A DNA stretch of 64,000 nt from an uncultured Actinomycetes bacterium (GTDB taxonomy: Bacteria; Actinomycetota; Thermoleophilia; Gaiellales; Gaiellaceae): positions 19,402 to 83,401 of the forward strand of contig CAWBAC010000009.1 of the NCBI GenBank assembly GCA_963786755.1, given 5' to 3'. Each line of letters begins with the position of its first letter. The first letter of the stretch is position 1. Positions 8,061 to 17,215 of this stretch are shown here, in pieces. The notes beneath the pieces are model-generated. The model saw only the letters and a program-made list of their open reading frames with translations, was not told the DNA's origin and did no database searches. A program made the position numbers and the translations under genes.

Positions 8061-9130
8061 GCCGAGAGCGGCGAGCGCGTCGTGGTCGTCGAGCGCGGCG
8101 GGATCGGCGCCGGCGCCTCGGGCCGGAACGGCGGGTTCCTCTTCCGCCAGCCGGCGGCCTGGATCAACGAGCTCCTCGACGAGGCGGTCGCCTTCTACGG
8201 CGAGCTGCAGGAGCGGCCCTGTGCAGTTCGACTTCGCGCCCGACGCCGATGCTCCTGCTCGCCGTCGAGGAGGAGGAGCTCGAGCACGCCGCGGCGTATG
8301 CGGAGGCCGTCGGCGGCGAGCGGGTCGACCTGCGCGAGGACTCCTGGTTCGCAGACGACCTTGCCGGAGGCTTCGTCGTCGAGGGCGGCTTCATCCTGGA
8401 CGCCATGGGCGCGACGAGCGGCGACGGCCGAGGCGGCCCGGCGGGCAGGCGTCGCGACTTCCGGCTCGGCTGCGAGGCGAAGCGGATCCTCGTCGCGGGC
8501 GGCCGCGTGACCGGGCGTCGCGACCGACGGCGGCATCGCTCGCCTGCGGCCGCGTCGTCGTCGCCGCCGGGCCGCGCCTGCGCTTCCTCCTCCGCACGGC
8601 GGGGGTCGACCTGCCGGTCTCCTCGTCGCGCGGCTGGCTCCTCGAGACCGGCCGGGTCGACCCGCCTCCGCCGTACGCGATCGAGCAGGCGGCGTGGCCG
8701 GAGCAGGAGGAGATGGGCGCGCTCGTCGTCGATCCGACGCTCGGCGAGGTCGGCCGACGGGGCCGAGGACGAGCCGGGACTCGTCTCCCTCCTGCTGGGC
8801 GGCCGGCCGGCAGGCCACTGCCTCATCGGCACGTCGCTCCGCCGCTCGCTGCTCGAGGAGTCGGAGGGCCCGGACACCGTGCGCCGGCTCGCCGAGCGCG
8901 CGGTGCGCGTCTCGCCGCACCTCGCCGATGTGCCGGTCGTCGCCGCCTGGTCGGGGCGCCGCGCGATGACGCCGGACGGGCTGCCCGTCGCGGGCCCGGT
9001 CGGAGCCGTCGAGGGGCTCGAGGTGCTCGGCGGGCTCTCTTCGATCGGCATGCTCACCGCGCCGGGGCTCGCCCGCCGGCTCGCCGGCGGCGATCCGGGC
9101 GCGTTCGACCCGCGGCGGCTCCCCTCGTGA
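7995..9130 (+). CDS. FAD-dependent oxidoreductase (DAO/glycine oxidase-like family); at least five frameshifts
   Basis: Dinucleotide-binding N-terminus: MSSRDTVVVGAGIAGCAVARLLAESGERVVVVERGGIGAGASGRNGGFL. Later segments are spread over three frames: PMLLLAVEEEELEHAAAYAEAVGG, GRVVVAAGPRLRFLLRTAGVDLPVSSSRGWLLET, AAWSGRRAMTPDGLPVAGPV..LGGLSSIGMLTAPGLA. Confidence 0.7.
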
Positions 9131-9136
9131 GGCGGC

Positions 9137-9555
9137 TTGCCGCTGCTGGCACTCGCACTCGCAACCGCGCTCACCGCCTGTGCGGGCGGGGAGGAGCCGC
9201 CGGATGCGGAGGAGCTCGCCCGCGCCTGGAGCCGGGCGCTGAACGCAGGCGACAACCAGGCCGCCGGGGCGCTCTTTGCCGTCGGCGCGCGCATCGAGCA
9301 GCCCGGGCTCGTCATCGTCGTGCGCACGCCCGAGGACGCCGCCGTCTGGACGGCGAGCCTGCCCTGCGCCGGACGGATCGTCGCCGTGGAGGGCGACGGC
9401 GAGGACGTGGTCGCGACCTTCGTCCTCGCCGACCGCCAGACGAGCGCTGTGACGCTCCGGGGGGCCGGGTGACCGCGCTCTTCCGCGTCCGCGACGGCAA
9501 GATCGTCCTCTTTCGCCAGCTCCCTGCCGAGACGCCGCCCTCGGAGGCGGTCTGA
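9137..9555 (+). CDS. Lipoprotein with an NTF2/SnoaL-like fold; one frameshift near 9440
   Basis: Lipobox LLALALATALTAC. The body is AWSRALNAGDNQAAGALF..VVATFVLAD, and the tail GGRVTALFRVRDGKIVLFRQLP is in another frame. The TTG start is assumed. Confidence 0.5.
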
Positions 9556-9629
9556 CTAAGCTACCGCCGTGGATCCCGCTGACCGCCCCGATCGAGGGAG
9601 CCGACCACCGCGAGATCGGCGGCGCCGAG

Positions 9630-9948
9630 GTGGACATCGTGCGCGTGGGCAACGGCCGCGTGAAGCGTGCGATGTACCCGCCCGGCTTCCGCTGGTCGAC
9701 TCACATGGGCCCGAACGTCGACTCCGACCTATGCATGCACGCCCACATCGGCTTCCTCGCCCAGGGCCACATCCAGGGCGAGTACACGGACGGCTGCACC
9801 TTCGAGTACGTCGCGCCGCAGGTGGTCACGATCGAGCCGGGCCACGATGCCTGGGTCGTCGGGGACGAGGCGGCGGTGCTGATCCAGTTCGACTCGGAGG
9901 AAGGCACCGCTCGCCGCTTCGGGCTGCCTGCCCGAGCACTCGCACTAG
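9630..9948 (+). CDS. Small cupin-like protein; both ends uncertain
   Basis: VDIVRVGNGRVKRAMYPPGFRWSTHMGPNVDSDLCMHAHIGFLAQGHIQGEYTDGCTFEYVAPQVVTIEPGHDAWVVGDEAAVLIQFD. The same frame is open upstream without a canonical start. The stop is probably reached through a shift (TAG 9946). Confidence 0.45.
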
Positions 9949-9954
9949 GAGAGC

Positions 9955-10553
9955 GTGTTCGAGTCCCTGACCGACTACGTCTCGGGCTCCCCTGGACGTA
10001 CGTCTTCCTCTTCGTGATCGCGCGCATGGACGTGTCTTCCCGCTCGTTCCCAGCGAGACGTCGGTCATCCTCGCCGGCGTTCTCGCCTCCACGGGCGACC
10101 TTGTACCTCGTGCTCGTGATCCTGTTCGCCGCCGGCGGTGCGATCCTCGGGGACAACGTGCCGTACTGGATCGGGCGCAAGACAGGCCACCGCATCGTCA
10201 ACCGCTTCTTCAAGGGCGAGCGGCGGAAGCAGATCGACTGGGCTCACCGGCAGGTCCAGGAGCGCGGCGGCTACCTGATCATCGTGGGTCGCTTCATTCC
10301 CGCCGGCCGCACGGCGGTGACGCTCTCGTGCGGGATGCTGGAGATGCCCTGGCGCAGGTTCATCGCCTTCGACGTCGCCGCCGGGCTCGTCTGGGCCACG
10401 TACGCGGCCATGCTCGGGTACGTCGGGGGCCGGACGTTCGAGGAGAACCCCCTCTACGGGTTCCTCCTCGCCTTCGCGGTCGCTCTCGCCGTCACGGGCC
10501 TCGTCGAGGCGTATCGCTGGCTCCGGAAGCGCGGTGTCCTCGCTCGCGGCTGA
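9955..10553 (+). CDS. DedA-family membrane protein; at least three frameshifts in the first 150 nt
   Basis: VFESLTDYVSGSPWTYVFLFVIA..(F)FPLVPSETSVILAGVLASTGDL is recoverable across frames. The rest is intact: LVLVILFAAGGAILGDNVPYWIGRKTGHRIVNRFF..YLIIVGRFIPAGRTAVTLSCG. Confidence 0.75.
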
Positions 10554-11724
10554 TCTCGAGGCGGCGGCGCAGATCGGCGCCGACGCCAGGCGGCGTCAGC
10601 CGCTTCGCCTGGTCGCCGGAGCTGGCGCGGGCAAACGCCTGGCTCGTGGCGCGGCTCGGCGAGCTGGGGCTCGAGACGGAGGTGGACGCGGCGGGCAACG
10701 TGCTCGGCCGCTGGCGGGCCGGGGAGGGCACCGCGGTGCTCGTCGGCTCACATCTGGACACGGTGCCGCGCGGAGGGCGCTACGACGGGGCGCTCGGGGT
10801 ACTCGCCGCCCTCGACGTCGTGCGGAGGCTACAGGCCGAGGGCTTCGACCCGGGCGGCCGGTGTGGGTCGTCTCCTTCAACGACGAGGAGGGTGGCCGCT
10901 TCCAGACGGGCATGCTCGGGAGTCGCGCGTTCGTCGGCGACCTCGATCTGGAGGACTGGCGCGCGCGCGGGGTCGCCGCGGCGATGGCGGAGGCGGGCTT
11001 CGACTTCGAGCGCCTTCCGGAGGCGCGGGCGGATCGAGGAGCGTGGGCGCCTATCTCGAGCTTCACATCGAGCAGGGCCCGATGCTCGAGGCCGAGGGGG
11101 TCGAGGTGGGCGTCGTGACGGCGATCACCGGGATGCTCGGCTTCCGGGCCCGCTTCCTCGGCGAGGCGAACCATGCCGGGACGACGCCGATGGAGCTCCG
11201 CCGGGACGCGCTCGCCGGTGCCGCGCGCGCCGTGCTCGCCTTGCGCGAGGAGGCACGCGCGCGGGCCGACATGACGGCCAACGTCGGCGTGATCCAGGCG
11301 GAGCCGGGCGGCTTCAACGTCATTCCCGGCGCCGCCGAGTTCACGATCGACGTTCGCTCGCCGACTCCGGAGGGGTTCGAGCGGGTCGAGCGGCTTCGTG
11401 CACGACACGCTGGAGGCGATCGCCGCCGAGGAGAATCTCGGGCTCGAGCTCCTGGAAACTCACCGAAAGCAGCCCGTCGAGCTCGACCCGGGGCTGCAGG
11501 ACGTGCTGGAGGAGGCGGCCCGAGCAGAAGGCGCCGCCGTGCGGCGCATGCCGAGCGGCGCCGGGCACGACGCCATGGTTCTCGCCAAGCACGTTCCTGC
11601 GGGGATGGTCTTTGTCCCCAGCCGCGGCGGTCTCAGCCACTGCCCGGAGGAGTTCACCTCGCCCGAGCAGTGCGACCTCGGCGCTCGCGTACTTGCGCGA
11701 GCGGTGCGGGCGCTCGCGGCGTGA
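10534..11724 (+). CDS. M20-family Zn amidohydrolase (allantoate amidohydrolase / N-carbamoyl-L-amino-acid hydrolase type); several frameshifts
   Basis: Segments in three frames: GGVSRFAWSPELARANAWLVARLGELGLETEVDAAGNVLGRW..VLVGSHLDTVPRGGRYDGALGVLAAL; VWVVSFNDEEGGRF; YLELHIEQGPMLE..VGVVTAITG..FLGEANHAGTTPM; SGAGHDAMVLAKHVPAGMVFVPSRGGLSHCPEE. Confidence 0.75.
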
Positions 11725-12473
11725 CCAACGAGGCTCGGCTGCACGTCGAGCGGCTCGGGGCCGGCCCGCCGGTCGTTCTCGTCCACGGGTCCGTCGCGGG
11801 CGGAGAGGCGGCATGGGCAGAGCAGATGGTGTTGGCCGCGCGCTGGACCCTCCTCGTAGTCGACCGGCCTGGATATGGGCGGGCGCCCGACGTCGCGCGT
11901 GAGGACTTCGAGGTCGACGCGCAGCTCCTCGCCGAGGTGCTTCCGGAGGGCGCGCATCTCGTCGGGCACTCCTACGGCGGCGTCGTGTCGCTTCTGGCCG
12001 CCGCACGGCGCCCGGAGTCAGTGCGCTCCCTGACCGTCAGCGAGCCGCCGGCGTTCGGTGTGGCCGCTGGAAACCCCGACGTGGACTCCCTCGTCGCCCG
12101 ATTCAGCGAGCAGTATGAGCGGGGCCCCAGCGAGCCCGAGGCGTTCCTGCGCGGATTCATCGAGCTGGTCGGCTCGCAGATCCGTCTCCCGAGCCCGCTG
12201 CCGCCGCCGTTGGAGCGTGCGGCCCGCGTCCTCATGACGGAGCGCGGGCCCTGGGAAGCGGAGATTCCCCTCGCGGACCTGGAACGGGCGCCGTTCCCGA
12301 AGCTCGTCGTGTCCGGAGGGCATCATCCCGCCTTCGACGCCGTCTGCGACGTTCTCGAGGAGCAGCTGGGCGCCGAGCGCGCCGTCATCACCGGCGCCGG
12401 GCACAGCGTCCAACGCACGGGCGCCCCGTACAACCAACGGCTCGAGCAGTTCCTGCGCGCTGCGCAGGGCTGA
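11721..12473 (+). CDS. Alpha/beta hydrolase
   Basis: Intact. The GTG overlaps the upstream stop (GTGA). PPVVLVHGS.., nucleophile elbow LVGHSYGGVV, C-terminal GAGHSVQ. Confidence 0.75.
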   Translation: MTNEARLHVERLGAGPPVVLVHGSVAGGEAAWAEQMVLAARWTLLVVDRPGYGRAPDVAREDFEVDAQLLAEVLPEGAHLVGHSYGGVVSLLAAARRPESVRSLTVSEPPAFGVAAGNPDVDSLVARFSEQYERGPSEPEAFLRGFIELVGSQIRLPSPLPPPLERAARVLMTERGPWEAEIPLADLERAPFPKLVVSGGHHPAFDAVCDVLEEQLGAERAVITGAGHSVQRTGAPYNQRLEQFLRAAQG

Positions 12474-12477
12474 CGAG

Positions 12478-12945
12478 CTACACCTCGCGGTCCCAGTAAC
12501 CGACGCGGCTTTCGCGCCGCACGAGGATGTTGTCCGGTTCACCGCCCGGCCAGACGCCGATCTTGTCGCTGTCGGGATAGACGGCGACGGCGGGCTCGTG
12601 CTTGGTCGAGAACATGAGGACGCGGACCCGCGCATCCGTTCGGTTCGTGATCCTGTGCGCGCCCTCGGGCCCGACCGGGAAGCAGACGACGTCGCCGGGC
12701 TCGAGCTCGTCCTCGCCGTCCGGGTGCCGAAGTGTCGGGCGCCCGTCCAGGACAATGAGCCACTCCTCGTTGCCGTATTCGTAGTGGTACGGGCAGTTGC
12801 TCTGCCCCGGAGGCAGTTCGTAGATGGTCGCGCCGAGCTCCGTCGCGCCGACGGAGGGGCCGATGCGCACGAATCCGGCTCGATAGCCCTCCGGGTCGTC
12901 CGGGTCGTACTCGAGGGCAGGATTGTCCAGGTTGAAGCGTCGCAT
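12478..12945 (-). CDS. Cupin-domain protein
   Basis: Intact 155 aa: ..IYELPPGQSNCPYHYEYGNEEWLIVLDGRPTLRHPDGEDELEPGDVVCFPVGPEGAHRITN. Confidence 0.7.
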   Translation of the reverse strand: MRRFNLDNPALEYDPDDPEGYRAGFVRIGPSVGATELGATIYELPPGQSNCPYHYEYGNEEWLIVLDGRPTLRHPDGEDELEPGDVVCFPVGPEGAHRITNRTDARVRVLMFSTKHEPAVAVYPDSDKIGVWPGGEPDNILVRRESRVGYWDREV

Positions 12946-12991
12946 GGCATCGATTATCGCCCCGCCGTAGGTCGCGGGCTAGAATGATCAT

Positions 12992-13234
12992 GTGGGCTGG
13001 ATCGCGATTCTGCTGCTCGCGGGCGCCGTCCTCGTCGTCCTCGTCGCCGAGTGGCCGCGCCTCTCGCCCCGTGTCGGCGGCGAAGCCTGGGCGGCCCGCT
13101 CACGGCGAAAGCGCAAGGAACGGCTCCGGGTGATCCCCGGCGAGGACGAAAGCGACGACTTCGCCGAGAGCGTCGAGCGCGACCTCGCCAACCTGCCGGT
13201 CATCGAAGAGCGCGACGACCGTTCCCGCAAGTAG
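12992..13234 (+). CDS. Small membrane protein (one N-terminal TM helix, charged tail)
   Basis: MGWIAILLLAGAVLVVLVAEW then RSRRKRKERLRVIPGEDESDDF.. Intact ORF with coding-like composition. No function is recognisable. Confidence 0.45.
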   Translation: MGWIAILLLAGAVLVVLVAEWPRLSPRVGGEAWAARSRRKRKERLRVIPGEDESDDFAESVERDLANLPVIEERDDRSRK

Positions 13235-13256
13235 CCGCCGCTAGACTGTCGGTCCG

Positions 13257-13341
13257 CGCGGATGTGGCGGAATTGGTAGACGCGCACGGTTCAGGTCCGT
13301 GTGGGCTTCGGCCCGTGGAGGTTCAAGTCCTCTCATCCGCA
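13257..13341 (+). tRNA. tRNA-Leu (anticodon CAG)
   Basis: Acceptor GCGGATG/CATCCGC. D-arm GCGGAATTGGTAGACGC. Anticodon stem-loop CACGG-TTCAGGT-CCGTG. Long variable arm TGGGCTTCGGCCCG. T-arm GGAGGTTCAAGTCCTCT. No encoded CCA. Confidence 0.9.
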
Positions 13342-13478
13342 CTCGGGGCAGCGGGGGCAATCCGTACGGGAATTCATCCGTCCCCGGGCCCGCAGCCAGG
13401 GCTCACGAATGTCATCGGTCATCCGCGCCGGAGACATCCGTCTGCCGAGCTTGCCGCGTACGAGCGTTGTACGCGACG

Positions 13479-14822
13479 ATGTCGGGGGTGGAACGGCCGG
13501 AGACTTTCTACGCGTGGAACGGCGATGCCTCCCTCGCGTACCAGATCGTGGGCAGCGGACCGGTTGACCTCGTTTACCTTCAGGGCGCTTCGTCGAACGT
13601 CATCCTGAACTGGGAGCACCCGGCGTGCGCCCGCTTCCTGCGTGAGCTGTCCCGCTTCTCCCGGCTAATCGTTACCGATCGACGCGGTCTCGGGTGCTCC
13701 GAACGGTTCACGCCCGCGGACATCCCTCCGATCGAGACGCTGGTGGACGACCTGCGTGCCGTGCTCGACGCCGCTGGCTCGGAGCGGCCGACACTCTTCG
13801 CAACTGGCGACTGCGGCTTCATCGCGATGCCCTTCGCGGCCACGTACCCGGACCGCGTTGCCGCGTTGATCCTCCATGAGGCCGCTCCGACGTGGAGGAG
13901 GTCAGACGAGATCCCCTGGGGCCGCACGGACGAGGAGCTGGAGGAGTCGACTGAGCCGATCTGCCGCTCGCTCGACGGCGCGTGGTTTCGGACAAAGAAT
14001 CCATCGCTCACAGCCGACGAGCGCGGGCTCGCGTGGTGCATCCGGTACGAGCGACTGTCCCTTACTCCGGGCGGCTGCTTCGCGGACGCGTGGCGCTTTG
14101 GCCAAACGGACGTCCGCGGCGTACTAGCAACAATTCAGGTTCCCACGCTTGTGCTGTATCGGAAGGACAACCCAGAGGAGGCCCACAACAGCCACTTCCT
14201 TACCTCGCGCATCGGTCCCGCAAAGCTCGTCGAGGTACCGGGGTTCGACCACTTCCCATGGGCAGTCCATGAGGGCGCGGTCGTTCGTGAGGTCGAGCGA
14301 TTCCTCGCCACGGTCTGGGCGGAGGAGGTCGATCTCGACCGGGCGCTCGCAACGGTCCTTTTCACCGACATCGTCGGCTCGACGGAGAAGGTGGCCGAGC
14401 TCGGAGACACGGGCTGGCGCGACCTCCTCGAGCACCACCACGCAATAGTGCGCGCGCTTCTCGCCCGCTATCGCGGCAGGGAGATCGACACGGCAGGGGA
14501 TGGATTTTTCGCTTCCTTCGACGGGCCCGCGCGGGCCGTGCGCTGTGCCCTGGCGGCCGTACAAGCCGCCCGGCCTCTCGGGATCGAGATTCGAGCGGGG
14601 CTACATACCGGCGAGGTTGAGACCATCGGCGACAAAGACGGAGGCATCGCCGTCAGCATTGGCGCTCGGATTGGGGGCATGGCGGGGGCGTCCGAGGTGC
14701 TCGTCTCGCAGACCGTGAAGGACCTCGTCGCAGGGTCCGGACTCGAGTTCGAGGATCGAGGCGAACACGAACTAAAGGGCGTCCCTGGGGCCTGGAACAT
14801 CTTTGCCGCGACTCCGCAATAG
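13479..14822 (+). CDS. Alpha/beta-hydrolase-domain / class III adenylate-guanylate cyclase fusion protein
   Basis: Intact 447 aa. The N-terminal half is hydrolase-like (LIVTDRRGLGCSE.., LFATGDCGFIAM). The C-terminal half is a cyclase catalytic domain: ATVLFTDIVGSTEKVAELGD..REIDTAGDGFFASFDGPARAVRCA..IRAGLHTGEVE..GIAVSIGARI. Confidence 0.85.
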   Translation: MSGVERPETFYAWNGDASLAYQIVGSGPVDLVYLQGASSNVILNWEHPACARFLRELSRFSRLIVTDRRGLGCSERFTPADIPPIETLVDDLRAVLDAAGSERPTLFATGDCGFIAMPFAATYPDRVAALILHEAAPTWRRSDEIPWGRTDEELEESTEPICRSLDGAWFRTKNPSLTADERGLAWCIRYERLSLTPGGCFADAWRFGQTDVRGVLATIQVPTLVLYRKDNPEEAHNSHFLTSRIGPAKLVEVPGFDHFPWAVHEGAVVREVERFLATVWAEEVDLDRALATVLFTDIVGSTEKVAELGDTGWRDLLEHHHAIVRALLARYRGREIDTAGDGFFASFDGPARAVRCALAAVQAARPLGIEIRAGLHTGEVETIGDKDGGIAVSIGARIGGMAGASEVLVSQTVKDLVAGSGLEFEDRGEHELKGVPGAWNIFAATPQ

Positions 14823-14879
14823 AGCGTCCTACGCAGCCCACGCTGGTTCAGCTTCCAGCCGAGTGAAGCACGACATGTT

Positions 14880-14897
14880 GCCCCCCGTTTGGGGGGC
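14880..14897 (+). terminator. GC hairpin downstream of the cyclase gene (possible intrinsic terminator, weak T-tail)
   Basis: GCCCCCC-GTTT-GGGGGGC, 58 nt after the stop, followed by TCCTGTCGTGTG. Confidence 0.4.
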
Positions 14898-15007
14898 TCC
14901 TGTCGTGTGACCGGCGCTTTCGTCTGCGCGGTTCCGTAGAATCCCGTCGGCCAAGGACGGCGCGCCCAGTCCTGTTTTCAGTTGCGGGGAGCCAGGCATA
15001 CCTCTGG

Positions 15008-16003
15008 GTGCGTCGAAACCAGGCGACACCGATGCAATACACGCTGAAAAAGGGCATCCGCTTGTGCCGTTCTCGACGGGGGCGCCTCGCGCTCAACGCC
15101 GGTGCGGGCCTCCTCTTCGTCGCAGTCTCGGTCGTCGTGGCGCGCAACTACGCCGACGTCGGTTGGCCCCTCGTGCACGCCGACCTCTCCCTCGTCGGCC
15201 TCGCCGGCTTCCTCTTCCTCCTCTCCCACGGTTTCAAGGCCTACGGGTGGCAGCGGCTCTTCGCCCCGCATGAGCGGCCGCGCCCGCTGACCCTGGCAGC
15301 GGCCGGAGGAGCGGCCTCCGTCTCCGGCGCGGCGCTCCCAGGGCGCCTGGACGACGTCGTCCGCGTGGCGGTGGTGCGCCGCTTCGCAGGTCCTCCCGCC
15401 GGCGTGCCCACCGTCTGCCTCTCGCTCTTCATGCTCGGCCTGATCGACACGGCCGCGCTCATGCCACTTGCCTCCACGGCGGCTGCCGTCTCCGACACGT
15501 CGGCGAGCGTGCGGGCCGGGCTCGCGGTCGTCGCCCTTGCGGGGGTCGGTGCGGCGCTGGTCGTGGCCGTTCTGCCCCGCCTGACCGCGAGCGGACGCTT
15601 GATCCGCTTTCGCGTGGCCCGCTGGATGGCCGAGCGCTGCATCTGTCCGCGGGAGGCCGGGAAGGCCTGGGTCCTCGTGCTCGCGTGCTGGCTCACGCGC
15701 GCCGTCGGCCTGGGAATCCTCCTTGCCGCGCTCGGCTTCAGCCTCTCGCTGCCCTTGGCGATCGGCTTCCTGTGCGCCGCGGCCGCGTCGGGAGCTCTAC
15801 CGGTCGCCCCCGCGGGAGCGGCGACGCAAGCCGGCGCCGGGGCCGCTCTGCTGATCGCGAGCGGCATGGGGGCGGCTGAGGCGGTCTCGTTCGCGGTGGT
15901 CGCGCAGGCGCTCGTGATCGCGGCCGGCGCGGCCGTCGTCGTCGTTGCCGCACTGTGGCACGCCGGCGCGAGGCTCGTCCCGGGCCGCGTGAAGACGACC
16001 TAA
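15008..16003 (+). CDS. Polytopic membrane protein, lysylphosphatidylglycerol-synthase-TM/UPF0104-like
   Basis: Intact 331 aa with about 8 hydrophobic segments and Arg-rich loops. The start may be the internal ATG (MQYTLKKG, 15032). Confidence 0.5.
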   Translation: MRRNQATPMQYTLKKGIRLCRSRRGRLALNAGAGLLFVAVSVVVARNYADVGWPLVHADLSLVGLAGFLFLLSHGFKAYGWQRLFAPHERPRPLTLAAAGGAASVSGAALPGRLDDVVRVAVVRRFAGPPAGVPTVCLSLFMLGLIDTAALMPLASTAAAVSDTSASVRAGLAVVALAGVGAALVVAVLPRLTASGRLIRFRVARWMAERCICPREAGKAWVLVLACWLTRAVGLGILLAALGFSLSLPLAIGFLCAAAASGALPVAPAGAATQAGAGAALLIASGMGAAEAVSFAVVAQALVIAAGAAVVVVAALWHAGARLVPGRVKTT

Positions 16004-16455
16004 GGAAGCGCCTCGAGGACCTCGTCCGCGTGGCCCTCGGGGCTCACGCCGTACATGGCCCTCGCCACGTTTCCGTCGGAGTCGATCACGAACGTCGACC
16101 GGTTGATGCCCATGAACGTGCGCCCGGCCATCTTCCGCTCTCCCCACGCACCGTAGCGTTCCGCGACCTCGTGCTCCGTGTCTGCGAGGAGCGTGAACGG
16201 GAGCCCGAACTTCGCCTTGAAGCCCGCGTGCGACGCTTCGTCGTCCGGACTGACCCCGAGGATGACGGCGCCCCGCTCCTGAAACTCGCCGTAGGCGTCC
16301 CGGAACGCGCACGCTTCCGTGGTACAGCCGGGGGTGTCGTCCTTGGGGTAGAAGTAGAGGACGACTGGGCTCCCGCGCAGATCGGACAGACGCACGCTGC
16401 CCCCGTCATCGGTGGGGAGCTCGAAATCGGGGGCGGGGGTGCCTTCCTGCACCAT
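16000..16455 (-). CDS. bcp: Thiol peroxidase Bcp (peroxiredoxin)
   Basis: MVQEGTPAPDFELPTDDGGSVRLSDLRGSPVVLYFYPKDDTPGCTTEACAFRD..GVSPDD..HAGFKAKFGLPFTLLAD. Confidence 0.9.
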   Translation of the reverse strand: MVQEGTPAPDFELPTDDGGSVRLSDLRGSPVVLYFYPKDDTPGCTTEACAFRDAYGEFQERGAVILGVSPDDEASHAGFKAKFGLPFTLLADTEHEVAERYGAWGERKMAGRTFMGINRSTFVIDSDGNVARAMYGVSPEGHADEVLEALP

Positions 16456-16482
16456 GGAGCGCGGATTGTAGGCTCTCTCGGT

Positions 16483-16840
16483 ATGCGCGGGCTGCACGCG
16501 ATCAACGGCGTCCTCCTCATCGCGGCCAACCTGCTGGCCTTCGGCTGGGGGGCGGTCTACCTACGCCGCAAGAGGACGCCCGGGCGCGTCTACGCCCACG
16601 TGCTCGCCCTGGGGCAGTCGCTCGTCATCGCCCAGGTCGCGATCGGCCTCCTCCTGCTCTCCGAGGGCTACGGCACACCGGACCAGTCTGCACCCGCTGT
16701 ACGGCGGACTGGCCCTCGCGGCCGTCCTCTCGCCGTGGCTCTATGCGCCGCCCGTTCCGGCGAAGCGGCTGGCCTGGTTCGTCGGCGCGACTCTCTTCGC
16801 CGCCGCCCTGTCCGTCCGCGCGTACCTGACGGGGACATGA
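16483..16840 (+). CDS. Membrane protein; one frameshift near 16685
   Basis: MRGLHAINGVLLIAANLLAFGWGAVYL..LVIAQVAIGLLLLSEGYG, then after the shift LHPLYGGLALAAVLSPWLYAPPVPAKRLAWFVGATLFAAALSVRAYLTGT. The stop overlaps the next start (ATGA). Confidence 0.5.
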
Positions 16841-17208
16841 GGGACGTCAACCCGACGCTCCGCGGCTTCGCCATCATCGTTGTGATCGCGGCCGTGATCA
16901 CGGCTCTTCAGCTCCAGGTGGGCCTAGAGGTCATCCTCGTCTTCCTCCAGGTTCTCTTCCTCCTCGCCATCGTGTACGTGCTCTTCATGCTGTGGCGCAA
17001 CCGGCGGGAGGAGATCTCCATGTGGTCCGGGCGCTCCCGCGTGGCCTTCTACGGCGGCGCCGGTATCGCCCTCGCCAACATCGGGCTCGCGTTTACCCCC
17101 TGGTATCCGGAGGGTGGGCTCGAGTCCGTCATCTTCCTGGTCGTCCTCGCCGCCGGAGTCTTCGCCATGTGGCGGGTCTGGCGCGACGAGCACACGTACG
17201 GCTATTGA
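16837..17208 (+). CDS. Membrane protein (three or four TM segments)
   Basis: Intact 123 codons: MRDVNPTLRGFAIIVVIAAVITALQLQVGLEVILVFLQVLFLLAIVYVLFMLW.. Confidence 0.5.
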   Translation: MRDVNPTLRGFAIIVVIAAVITALQLQVGLEVILVFLQVLFLLAIVYVLFMLWRNRREEISMWSGRSRVAFYGGAGIALANIGLAFTPWYPEGGLESVIFLVVLAAGVFAMWRVWRDEHTYGY

Positions 17209-17215
17209 CGCCGGC

